Shown in pieces: positions 19,085-27,578 of a stretch of 64,000 bases of DNA (position 1 is its first letter; every line of letters begins with the position of its first letter). Under the pieces are notes generated by a model. That model did not search any database. It saw nothing but the letters and a program-made list of their open reading frames with translations, and was not told the origin of the DNA. Source of the stretch: Anaerolineales bacterium (GTDB taxonomy: Bacteria; Chloroflexota; Anaerolineae; Anaerolineales; Villigracilaceae); the NCBI GenBank assembly GCA_030583925.1, contig CP129482.1, positions 3,634,001 to 3,698,000 of the forward strand. Reading direction: 5' to 3'. The translations under genes were made by a program, and so were the position numbers.

Positions 19085-20320
19085 TTATAAACCGGCTTTC
19101 TTTTCCAAACGCGCCAATCGCCGGGCAATTTCATCGAGCCAATGCTTGCGCGCATAGGCGGGCAGGTCGGCGCGTTCCGCCATGCGCCGCGCCGATTTCG
19201 TCCACTTGAGCGCGGTTTTCACATCCCGCGCCTTATGCTCGTAATATTTCGCCAGTTCAACATGCGCGTAAATGTGACCCGCCTGCGCGGCGCGTTCCCA
19301 CAAGCGGACCGCCTCCGCGTAATCGCCGCGCCGCTTTTGCAGGATGGACAACCGCCTCACCGCGACGTGGAAATCCGCCTCGCCCATCGGCGACTCGAGT
19401 CCACGCTCGAACAGCCGCGCGGCTTGGTCGAGATGACCGAGATCCTCGAACAACTTGCCCAGCGCCACAAAGTCCAAGCCATGCTGAACCGCGCCGTCGT
19501 ACGGATTCTCCAACATGTCGTTCATGTGCGCGAGCAACGCCGCCATCGCGGTCACATCCATCGCGTTGTGATAAAAGACTCCCGCCAATGGACGCGCGTC
19601 GCCGGTGCGTAAATAATCAAAATACAGCCACGGGATTTCATAGCCCGGCACTTCCTCGCTTGAACGCTTGAACTCGAGGATGTGCTCCTCCAAGAATTTC
19701 AGCGCGCGTGATTCGAGCCGGTCGCGCCACAGCCGCCGCGCCAGCGGCAGAAGATCGACATGGGAAAAGGCAGAAAATGGGTTCGGCGTATCGTGAATCG
19801 TGTATCGCGTTTTCAACAGCGGCGCATCGAATGCCTTGCCGTTGAACGTGACCAGCGCTTCGCACGGCGCAAGGAAATCCGCCAGCCCTTCGAGGAGCGC
19901 GGGCTCTTCAGCGGGGTCGCGCATGAAAAACTGCTTCAACACGAACTGATCTTCGATGAAGCGCGCCGCGCCAACGAGGAACGCGTACGTGCCAGTGCCG
20001 CCGGAAAGACCGGAAGTTTCCGTGTCGAGAAAGGCAAATTTTGAAACTGGGAGACTGGAGACTTTGGGGTCGTTCGCCCATTCGGAAATTAATGAAAGAG
20101 GAAAAGAAGAAAGAAGAGATGAGGAGCCGTAAAGGTATTGCTGTGAGAAGGTCTGTTCGGCGATAAACACCTCCCCGCGACGGGTGGCGAGAAAACTCCC
20201 CGCGAGGACCGATTCGATGGCGGGCGAATCAGGCTTCCCCTGCGAAAGAGGCGGGATGCCCTTTGTGACTCCGAGGGATTTTAATCTGTCTGCCAGCGTA
20301 GGTTTGGCGTCTGAATCCAT
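19085..20320 (-). CDS. YprB-like RNase H-fold exonuclease with TPR C-terminus
   Basis: FLDTETSGL, TFNGKAFD, HVDL, YHNAMDV; helical repeats with AHVELAKYYEH. Confidence 0.8.
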   Translation of the reverse strand: MDSDAKPTLADRLKSLGVTKGIPPLSQGKPDSPAIESVLAGSFLATRRGEVFIAEQTFSQQYLYGSSSLLSSFPLSLISEWANDPKVSSLPVSKFAFLDTETSGLSGGTGTYAFLVGAARFIEDQFVLKQFFMRDPAEEPALLEGLADFLAPCEALVTFNGKAFDAPLLKTRYTIHDTPNPFSAFSHVDLLPLARRLWRDRLESRALKFLEEHILEFKRSSEEVPGYEIPWLYFDYLRTGDARPLAGVFYHNAMDVTAMAALLAHMNDMLENPYDGAVQHGLDFVALGKLFEDLGHLDQAARLFERGLESPMGEADFHVAVRRLSILQKRRGDYAEAVRLWERAAQAGHIYAHVELAKYYEHKARDVKTALKWTKSARRMAERADLPAYARKHWLDEIARRLARLEKKAGL

Positions 20321-20337
20321 CGTGGGTGATTATAACC

Positions 20338-20370
20338 AAACATGCCCATCGAAATCCGATAGGCATGTTT
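20338..20370 (-). terminator. Probable terminator after the sortase-like gene
   Basis: AAACATGCCCATCG-aaatc-CGATAGGCATGTTT stem. Confidence 0.5.
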
Positions 20371-20394
20371 CGCGTATGAAGTTATAGAGATCTA

Positions 20395-21048
20395 TTAATC
20401 GTTCAACCACGCAAGGCTCTCGTATTCAGCCTTCGGTATGGCAATGACGAACAACCTGCCCCAACTTAGTTCACCGTCTTTTTCAATGCAGGTTTGGAAG
20501 GTCACGTTTCCGTCGCTGAAGAATACGCGCTTGAAGGTTTGCTCCACCGAGAGGACTTTATCCGTATCCAGGTCGCGGAAGGAACTATACGTGCTATGCG
20601 GCTGTAAAGCCTGATAACGCAGGATTTCGTACACCACAAAAATTTCTACCTTGCCGTCGCCATAAACGAGGCGGACCTCATCCCCCACTTTCAAATCAAA
20701 AAAGGAAGCGCCGGCAAGGTAGTTGTGGGCAAGCAAACCGGTCGTTCCATACCGGCTTGCCATGCGGAATTGGGTAATTGCCTCTGGCTCTTCGGACAAA
20801 AATGATCCGTGACCATACGGCTGTTGAACGATGGGCAGGGCAAGAACGTTCGATACATAAACTCCTCGTACGAGATCCGCGCGTCCATCTTGTACAGAGG
20901 TTGAAAATTCCGAAAAAGTGGGAAAGACGGTCGCTTCGGCGAGCTCCATTGCCAGAACTGTGGAAGGGTTCAGAACAACGGAAGCAAACAGAGCCAGCAG
21001 GATACCGATGATAAAGATCGTTCGGGAGGTTAATTTTTTGAGCGCCAT
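20395..21048 (-). CDS. Sortase-like membrane-anchored protein
   Basis: N-terminal signal/anchor; LAHN, FQTC and GRLFV give the His-Cys-Arg order of sortases; AGGAG SD. Confidence 0.65.
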   Translation of the reverse strand: MALKKLTSRTIFIIGILLALFASVVLNPSTVLAMELAEATVFPTFSEFSTSVQDGRADLVRGVYVSNVLALPIVQQPYGHGSFLSEEPEAITQFRMASRYGTTGLLAHNYLAGASFFDLKVGDEVRLVYGDGKVEIFVVYEILRYQALQPHSTYSSFRDLDTDKVLSVEQTFKRVFFSDGNVTFQTCIEKDGELSWGRLFVIAIPKAEYESLAWLND

Positions 21049-21101
21049 TTGTTTCTCCTTGATTCGACAAAGGCGCTCTAACCCATCTTGAAGATGGAAT
21101 C

Positions 21102-21196
21102 GTCTTCGGCAACCTGGCTATCGTGATCCCGCGAGGCGGGATGGTAGATCCATGGTTTTGCGTCCCCGCCTTTCGACGGGTTTGCCTTTATCGAAC
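21102..21196 (-). ncRNA. GEMM-I (c-di-GMP-I class) riboswitch, gene-proximal copy, G at the specificity position
   Basis: Minus strand GAUAAAGGCAAACCCGUCGAAAGGCGGGGACGCAAAACCAUGGAUCUAC...GAUAGCCAGGUUGCCGAAG matches the GEMM-I consensus (GAAA tetraloop, GACGCAAA junction). Confidence 0.9.
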
Positions 21197-21215
21197 ATGC
21201 TATGATGTACCCAAT

Positions 21216-21240
21216 AAAAAAGCCCGACACAATGTCAGGC
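21216..21240 (-). terminator. Intrinsic terminator between the two riboswitches
   Basis: Minus strand GCCTGACA-ttg-TGTCGGGC-TTTTTT. Confidence 0.85.
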
Positions 21241-21261
21241 GCCAAAAATCAAACAGACGTT

Positions 21262-21356
21262 ATCTTCGGCAACCTGGCTATCGTGATCCCGCGAGGCGAG
21301 ATGGTAGATCCATGGCTTTGCGTCCCCGCCTTTCGACGGGTTTGCTCTTATCGGAT
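21262..21356 (-). ncRNA. GEMM-I riboswitch, promoter-proximal copy, A at the specificity position (putative 3',3'-cGAMP type)
   Basis: GAUAAGAGCAAACCCGUCGAAAGGCGGGGACGCAAAGCCAUGGAUCUAC...GAUAGCCAGGUUGCCGAAG; repeats with a 160-bp period; TATACT box just upstream at 21369-21374. Confidence 0.9.
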
Positions 21357-21563
21357 GTTGTTGAACGCAGTATAGCAAAAGGTTACAGGTTTTGGCTTTG
21401 CATTTTAGTTATATCGATTTACAGGAATGCAATGCCTCATCGCCCAAAAAATGCCACAACCAGGTTTATTGGGGAACGTGAAACCAATACCCATACAAAA
21501 CCTCCGCAAAATCGTCACATTTTGCAGTATCAACTGTTCTATAATCGTGCAACCTGCAACCCC

Positions 21564-22994
21564 ATGACAACCCCCACAACGCATTCTCCCCTACCCTTTT
21601 GGATCAAACTGCTCTACGGCTCAGGCGATTGGGGCATCTCCAGCATCGGCATGATGCGCTCGATCTTCCTTGCCCTCTATCTGACCGACGTGGTGGGGCT
21701 GATGCCTCGCCTAGCATCCTTTGGCGTCCTCATCGGGATCGTTTGGGATGCCGTCAACGATCCCATCATCGGACGATTGAGCGACCGCCTCCAAACGCGC
21801 TGGGGGAGGCGGCGTCCATTCCTGCTTTGGTTCGCCGTGCCGTTCGGTTTGAGTTTCGTCATCCTGTGGTCGGCGCCAAATTGGGATAATCAAATTGCAT
21901 TATTAGCCTATGTGACTCTCGCATTCATGATCTCCGACACATTGACGACTCTCGTCTCCGTGCCGTTTCTTTCGCTGACCCCAGAACTGACCCCCGATTA
22001 CGACGAACGCACCACGCTGACAAGTTTCCGTTCGTTCTTTCAATTGGTCGGCGCGTTCACAGTCGTGGTCGCCGCGCCATCCATTGTGGATATAGTCGTT
22101 GCATCGGGCGGCACACAGCAACAAGGCTTCATGCTGGTCGGCGCGATCTTCGGCGCGCTCGGCGCGATTCCCCTATTCCTGATCGGACTTTTCGTCCGGG
22201 AGCGGTCAACGCCCGAACAACAGGAAAGCATCCCCTTCCGCGAAACCCTGCGAATCGCGTGGCAGAACATTCCGTTTCGCTATGCCGTTGGCATTCACAT
22301 GCTCAACTGGTCCGCCGTAGATATGATGATAGTGGTCTTTCCCTATTTCCTGCTCTATTGGGTTGCACGCGGAGATCTGCTCGCTACCATCAACGTGTTT
22401 GGCATAGACATGGCGTATGAATCCGCATTCTTCGGCACACTCATGCTCGTTTGTATTTTGTTCGTGCCGTTCTGGTTGTGGGTTTCAAAATTAAGGAACA
22501 AACGGGAAGCGTACGCCATCGGTATGGTCTTTTGGGTCATCGTCACGTTCCTAATCTACTTGATCCAACCGGGTGATACTTCGCGCTTGTTCATCCTCTC
22601 CGCTCTGGCGGGCATCGGCGTCTCCGCTGCATACACGCTGCCCGACGCGATGTTCGCCGATGTGATCGAATGGGATGAACTGCGGACGGGCCGCCGCCAG
22701 GAGGGAATTTTCTACGGCATCCGCACGCTCATCCGCAAATTGACCGGGGCTCTCGTCCTCTTCCTGACTCTGCAGGCGTTGGGCTGGTCCGGTTACGTTG
22801 CCCCGCCGGATGGCGCCCTACAATTCACACAAAGCGACACAGCGTTACACATCATTCGTTTATTGGTTTCGCCGCTGGGCGCGATCTTGCTTTCAGGTAC
22901 GATCGTCCTCGCCTGGTTATTTCCGCTTTCGCGCGAAAACCATCACCGTATTCAACGTCTGCTCGAAAAACGAAGGGAGCGGTTAACCAAGTAG
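21564..22994 (+). CDS. MFS transporter, glycoside-pentoside-hexuronide (MelB-like) family
   Basis: WDAVNDPIIGRLSDR...RWGRRRPF, YDERTTLTSFR, DVIEWDELRTGRRQEG; start placed at MTTPT rather than the ORF-track 21123. Confidence 0.88.
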   Translation: MTTPTTHSPLPFWIKLLYGSGDWGISSIGMMRSIFLALYLTDVVGLMPRLASFGVLIGIVWDAVNDPIIGRLSDRLQTRWGRRRPFLLWFAVPFGLSFVILWSAPNWDNQIALLAYVTLAFMISDTLTTLVSVPFLSLTPELTPDYDERTTLTSFRSFFQLVGAFTVVVAAPSIVDIVVASGGTQQQGFMLVGAIFGALGAIPLFLIGLFVRERSTPEQQESIPFRETLRIAWQNIPFRYAVGIHMLNWSAVDMMIVVFPYFLLYWVARGDLLATINVFGIDMAYESAFFGTLMLVCILFVPFWLWVSKLRNKREAYAIGMVFWVIVTFLIYLIQPGDTSRLFILSALAGIGVSAAYTLPDAMFADVIEWDELRTGRRQEGIFYGIRTLIRKLTGALVLFLTLQALGWSGYVAPPDGALQFTQSDTALHIIRLLVSPLGAILLSGTIVLAWLFPLSRENHHRIQRLLEKRRERLTK

Positions 22995-23043
22995 ATAAAA
23001 GATTTTGACGGCAAGCCGGGTTTCGGCGTTCATATTCGAGCTT

Positions 23044-25554
23044 CTAGTTTTTGATCGTCACCTGAATGATCGCCGTATCCACTCGCTGATCGCTTCGGAT
23101 CACCTGCAATTGCACGGCATATAGCCCGCTCAAGCCTTCGGTGTTCCACTCGGCAAGTAGACCATTGGGCACGGGCGCATTCCCCTCGCCGATCTGAATC
23201 CACTCTTGCGGATTGAGTCCCTGCCCGATCAACACGCGGTACGACACGAAATCTGTCCCAGCCGCGGCGCCAGTGATTTGAACCACACCGCCTACTTCAG
23301 AAAATAATTCCGGGAAAGTGATATTGACATCGCTATTGAAAGGCGGCGCTTGAATCACATCGTACGCTGAAGGCGGAATCGCCACCCCGGCGCTGTCTGC
23401 CCACGCGCGCGCGTCAGATGGCACGACGAGATAGACGCGCTCTTCGATCAATTGCGGAAGCGTGAACACTGTTGCAAGCAAACCCGTCTCGCGGTTGATC
23501 GCGTATTTGCGATACATGTTATCCGCCTGCACAGGTTCGTTGCCCTGCAAGAACACTTCATTCACCACGTTCGGACAATCCGAAGTAGGCAACATCCCCG
23601 ACGGATCGCACACATTGACCACCGAAACTCCCGCAGGCAACGACCAATCTTCCGCGGGCAAATTCTGCGAGGCGATTTGCATCAACGCGTTCCACAATAC
23701 GGGCGCGACCCCCCTCCGTCCCCCCTGAGGGGGGGAAGATTCTCGCGAGCCAACCCACACCGCTACAACGCGCAAAGGCGAATATCCGATCGTCCACGCG
23801 TCGAGCGCGTCTTCGGTCTGACCAATTTTTATGGCAGTGGGAAACCCAACATTGAACGCGCTTGAACGGTCTTGGCGCGCGGTCTCGTCGCTCAACGAAT
23901 GATTCATCAAATATGCCAGCGCGGGCGTGACCACTGGCTTCGCTTGCGGCGTCGTCCAATCGAGCCACACGCTATCGTCGTTCCCTTCCACGCGCAAAAT
24001 CGTCACAGGCTCGAACGCGTCGCCCACATTCTGTCCAAAATAAACGCCTTGTTCCGCGAAGACTCCGTACGCGCCCGCCGCATTCAACAACGACAAATCC
24101 GCATCACGTTGAACGCCAAACGACGACGCGATATTGTCCACATTTTCAACTCCCATTTGCGCGAACACTTGCGCGGCGGGCGCGGGATAATCGTTCGCCA
24201 ACGCGGTCCGCAAACGGATCGGTCCGTGATACACGCCGTCGAAGTTTTGGACATCCGTCTTGCCTGGGATATCCCACACCAGCGACGCGGGACTCAAGCC
24301 TCGAGTGAATCCCGCCAAGTAGACAAACGCGTCTAACGTGGACCCAGACCTGTGCGCGCCTACGAGCGGCGTTTCTCGCCCCTCGAACGTTTCACCGACG
24401 ACCGCAAGGACTTGTCCCGTTGTGGGATCGGTGACGATAGCGCTCGCGGACGAATCAGGAATCGTTATCGAAGGCGGCAGCGCAGATAAAAATCTCAGCG
24501 AGTCGCATTGGATGGACGGGTCAGGCAGACCTGCAAGTCGCGCGGCATAAAACGCGGCGACACACGACGATTGCTTTTGCACGTTGAAATCGAGGGTTGA
24601 AATTATCGTCAAGCCGCCGCGCTCGATGCGGGCGCGGGGGAATTGCGAATCCAATTGGGCGAGGAGCAGGTTGACGAAAGCCGCGGCAGGTTGAACGTCG
24701 GAAAGAAGCGGCGGCTGAAAGAAGGGAGATTCTCCCAGCGCGTTGGCGGTCGCTTCGTCGGATAAAAATCCAAGAGCCGACATCTTCCGAATCGTTTCGC
24801 GCCCGCGTTCGAGGGCGGTCTGCGGCGCGTCGTGCGGATTCAGACTCGGCGATTCGTTCACCGCCGCGAGGATGGCGGACTCGGCGGTGGTGAGTTGCGT
24901 TGCCGATTTTCCGAAGTAGAGTTGCGCCGCGCTTTCCGCGCCGAATGCATAGCGACCGAAGTTCGCCGAGTTGAGGTACCACTCGAGGATTTGCGTGCGC
25001 CCAAACTCCGAGGTGATCTGCGCGGCGAGGATGCGCTCGCGCAGCGCGCGGCGAAGGGATGGCGGCTCGTTGAAGAGGAGGAGGTCGGAGACGAGTTTTT
25101 GCGCGAGGGTGTTGTGGCTTTCGTAATTAGTAAGTGTGGTGAGATCGTAGCCCGCGTGTTCGTAAAAGTTTGGGTCGGAGGTTGCAATGATAGCGTCTGC
25201 GAGGGATTGCGGAAGATGTTGCGGGTTCGTGTCGCTGAGGGGGATGTAGCGACGCGGCGAATCGTCGGGCGCGAATGTAAATAAGAGATTATCACCTGTG
25301 CGATCGTAGATGTGCGTGGGCTGGAGGAGGAGACCATTGGGAGGATTCAGGAGAATTGGGAGAATTTCGGTTGAGGGTAGATCGCGCGTGAGGTTGACGT
25401 ACGCGAACGCGGCGACGGCGATCAGCGCGGCGAGAACGAGCGAGAAGATCATCCCCGCGCCGAGGAAAGCATTACGCGCGCGGGCTTCGTCCTTGTGCCG
25501 CTTTTCGATACGGCGCTCGCGCCTCGCGCGCAGGATCGGAATCGTGGAGGGCAT
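23044..25554 (-). CDS. Class A PBP (transglycosylase-transpeptidase) homolog with degenerate active sites
   Basis: ILEWYLNS...FGAESAAQLYFGK transglycosylase scaffold, transpeptidase domain and C-terminal beta-rich domain; catalytic motifs altered (see findings). Confidence 0.8.
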   Translation of the reverse strand: MPSTIPILRARRERRIEKRHKDEARARNAFLGAGMIFSLVLAALIAVAAFAYVNLTRDLPSTEILPILLNPPNGLLLQPTHIYDRTGDNLLFTFAPDDSPRRYIPLSDTNPQHLPQSLADAIIATSDPNFYEHAGYDLTTLTNYESHNTLAQKLVSDLLLFNEPPSLRRALRERILAAQITSEFGRTQILEWYLNSANFGRYAFGAESAAQLYFGKSATQLTTAESAILAAVNESPSLNPHDAPQTALERGRETIRKMSALGFLSDEATANALGESPFFQPPLLSDVQPAAAFVNLLLAQLDSQFPRARIERGGLTIISTLDFNVQKQSSCVAAFYAARLAGLPDPSIQCDSLRFLSALPPSITIPDSSASAIVTDPTTGQVLAVVGETFEGRETPLVGAHRSGSTLDAFVYLAGFTRGLSPASLVWDIPGKTDVQNFDGVYHGPIRLRTALANDYPAPAAQVFAQMGVENVDNIASSFGVQRDADLSLLNAAGAYGVFAEQGVYFGQNVGDAFEPVTILRVEGNDDSVWLDWTTPQAKPVVTPALAYLMNHSLSDETARQDRSSAFNVGFPTAIKIGQTEDALDAWTIGYSPLRVVAVWVGSRESSPPQGGRRGVAPVLWNALMQIASQNLPAEDWSLPAGVSVVNVCDPSGMLPTSDCPNVVNEVFLQGNEPVQADNMYRKYAINRETGLLATVFTLPQLIEERVYLVVPSDARAWADSAGVAIPPSAYDVIQAPPFNSDVNITFPELFSEVGGVVQITGAAAGTDFVSYRVLIGQGLNPQEWIQIGEGNAPVPNGLLAEWNTEGLSGLYAVQLQVIRSDQRVDTAIIQVTIKN

Positions 25555-25619
25555 GGGGCAAGTATACAGGGAAACAAGTAAACAGTCGCTCCCCCATCAC
25601 CAACTTATCTGTGTAGAAA

Positions 25620-25952
25620 TCAGAGTAACTTTTCCAGTTCAGGAATCAGCGGCGGTAAATCATTTTGGATGGTATCCCACATCACTTTTTCATCCACTTT
25701 GAAATAGACATGCACAATGCGATTCCGCATGGCGCGCATTAGACTCCACGGAATGGCTATATATTTCTCTTCGATCTCTTCTGGAATTTGGCTCGCCGCC
25801 TCGCCAATGATAATGAAATTCATCTCAACGGCGCGTACCGCCATATCGTCATCTTTGAATGTTTCAAAATCCATGCCGTCCGTAAACTTCTGAATTTCGG
25901 CAATCGCATCAAGAATATCCCGAATGCGATCCTGCCAACCTCTAGGCGACAT
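25620..25952 (-). CDS. HepT-like HEPN ribonuclease toxin (DUF86)
   Basis: IIGEAASQI and the RNRIVH (R-X4-H) motif; overlaps the upstream nucleotidyltransferase gene. Confidence 0.88.
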   Translation of the reverse strand: MSPRGWQDRIRDILDAIAEIQKFTDGMDFETFKDDDMAVRAVEMNFIIIGEAASQIPEEIEEKYIAIPWSLMRAMRNRIVHVYFKVDEKVMWDTIQNDLPPLIPELEKLL

Positions 25953-26235
25953 GGATTAACTCTCTCATCACACGTTCACGGATGTAGGGCTTCAAACTAT
26001 CGGGAGTGCCCAAGTCCACATGGCAACCGAGCAATTTTTCAAGGTAATCTTGCAAGGCAAACAAACCGAAATAGCCAACGGGGCGGTTGAACTCTACGAG
26101 CAAGTCCACATCGCTGGCAGAAGAGGCTTCATTCCTCGCTACCGAGCCAAACAACTGCAGAGATTTGACACCGAACTTACTACTCATCTCGGCATTCTTC
26201 TGCTTCAAGAGCTGGACGACTACTTCCTGTTTCAT
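25942..26235 (-). CDS. Minimal nucleotidyltransferase antitoxin (MntA-like)
   Basis: LFGSVARNE...SDVDLLVEF motif. Confidence 0.9.
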   Translation of the reverse strand: MKQEVVVQLLKQKNAEMSSKFGVKSLQLFGSVARNEASSASDVDLLVEFNRPVGYFGLFALQDYLEKLLGCHVDLGTPDSLKPYIRERVMRELIHVA

Positions 26236-26250
26236 GTTGAATATTATACG

Positions 26251-27567
26251 CTATCCCTCGATCAAATCCCCCAGCCACTCCATCAAGCCGCCTGATTCTT
26301 TTTCGGGCAGGTCGCTTCGGACTTCGCCGTTCATCCCGTTGATCAACACCAAATGCTCGCGTCCGCCGAATGGGAGTTCGGTCATCCACACGGGGAGGAG
26401 GGTCAGGCGGAACGATTCGACCATCATGTTTGCCGAGGAGGCAGAGACCAGTTTTACAGGTTCGACCAGCACGGGCAATTCGTTTTTGTAGCGCGCAAGC
26501 GCTTGTGCGCGTGCATCCAACGAGGCTTCCGCCATGGGAATATCGTAGACCTCGGCGGGCCAATTGGCGAGATAGCCCGCTTCGTATGGCTTGACCGCGC
26601 GCAGTTCAAACGTGGGGATCAAACGCTGGAACACGCCCGAAAGTTTGCGCGCGGCAGGGATCGGCAGATCGTTGACCTGGACGGGATACGAATCGGACAC
26701 GCGCCTCAACCGCGTCTCACGCGTCCGCTGACCAAACAGATCCTCCTCGTTCTCATAGACTTCGCCCGTATATTGAATCTCGCCGCCGATATCGAACGTC
26801 CACAATGGCAGATACACTCCGCGCGGCGGCTCGACCTTCCCCTCGGGCTGGATCTTGTTTCCTTCGACCCATTCCACCAGACGCCTGATCGCGCGCTGCC
26901 TGTCGAACGCGTGCGGGATGACGCCGTCGGGCGCGAGCAACTGCTCCTCCGATTCCCAATTGACGACGTGCGCCGAGCCGCAATAGACGCACGTGGTCGA
27001 GATTTGATTCGGCGGCAAAATGAATTCACATCCGCACCCCTCGCAGTGAAAGACTTGTTGATTCAACGGCTTGCCGTGTCCGCGCGCAGTTGCCATGGCA
27101 ATGATGAAATCCTTTTCATCGGCTGTGCCAGGTTGGGCGGCGAATTTCTGGTTGCGCGCGCAATATTCGCAAGTCAGCGATTGACCGTCGGGAGAAAACG
27201 TCATCCGCCCGCCGCATTTGGGGCAGACGAATCGTTGGGCATCCGCCGCTTGCAAACCTTCAGGCGCGGGAGGCAAATGATCGGGGTCAACGATCTCGTC
27301 TGCTTTGAGTTTGCCGTCGAGGATCGCCAGCGCTCGCCGCGCCCGCGCGTGTTGCAGGTCATGTGCGAGACAATTTTCCAACGCTTTGCGTTTTTCAATT
27401 TTGTCGTCCTTCAACTGGCTAATCCAAAACCAGCCTTCGGCAAGCGCGTTATGATCGTTGCTCATATAGACGGCGCGATCCAAATAGCGCAGCGCGCTTT
27501 CACGGTTGCCCGCCTTCGCCTCGATAATTCCGCTTTTGAGAAGTTCTCTTCCGTAATCGCTAAACAT
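26251..27567 (-). CDS. Hypothetical protein: TPR-like N-terminus plus two Zn ribbons
   Basis: CPKCGG/CEYC and CEGCG/CVYCGS; start placed at MFSDY with AGGAG. Confidence 0.65.
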   Translation of the reverse strand: MFSDYGRELLKSGIIEAKAGNRESALRYLDRAVYMSNDHNALAEGWFWISQLKDDKIEKRKALENCLAHDLQHARARRALAILDGKLKADEIVDPDHLPPAPEGLQAADAQRFVCPKCGGRMTFSPDGQSLTCEYCARNQKFAAQPGTADEKDFIIAMATARGHGKPLNQQVFHCEGCGCEFILPPNQISTTCVYCGSAHVVNWESEEQLLAPDGVIPHAFDRQRAIRRLVEWVEGNKIQPEGKVEPPRGVYLPLWTFDIGGEIQYTGEVYENEEDLFGQRTRETRLRRVSDSYPVQVNDLPIPAARKLSGVFQRLIPTFELRAVKPYEAGYLANWPAEVYDIPMAEASLDARAQALARYKNELPVLVEPVKLVSASSANMMVESFRLTLLPVWMTELPFGGREHLVLINGMNGEVRSDLPEKESGGLMEWLGDLIEG

Positions 27568-27578
27568 CGCTCTTTCTC

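Noticed and set aside
21102-21356. 160-bp-period direct repeat as a CRISPR array, or as the N-terminal extension of the 623-aa MFS ORF
   Set aside because: Only two long units, both matching the GEMM-I riboswitch on the minus strand; no cas genes; the MFS domain starts at 21564.
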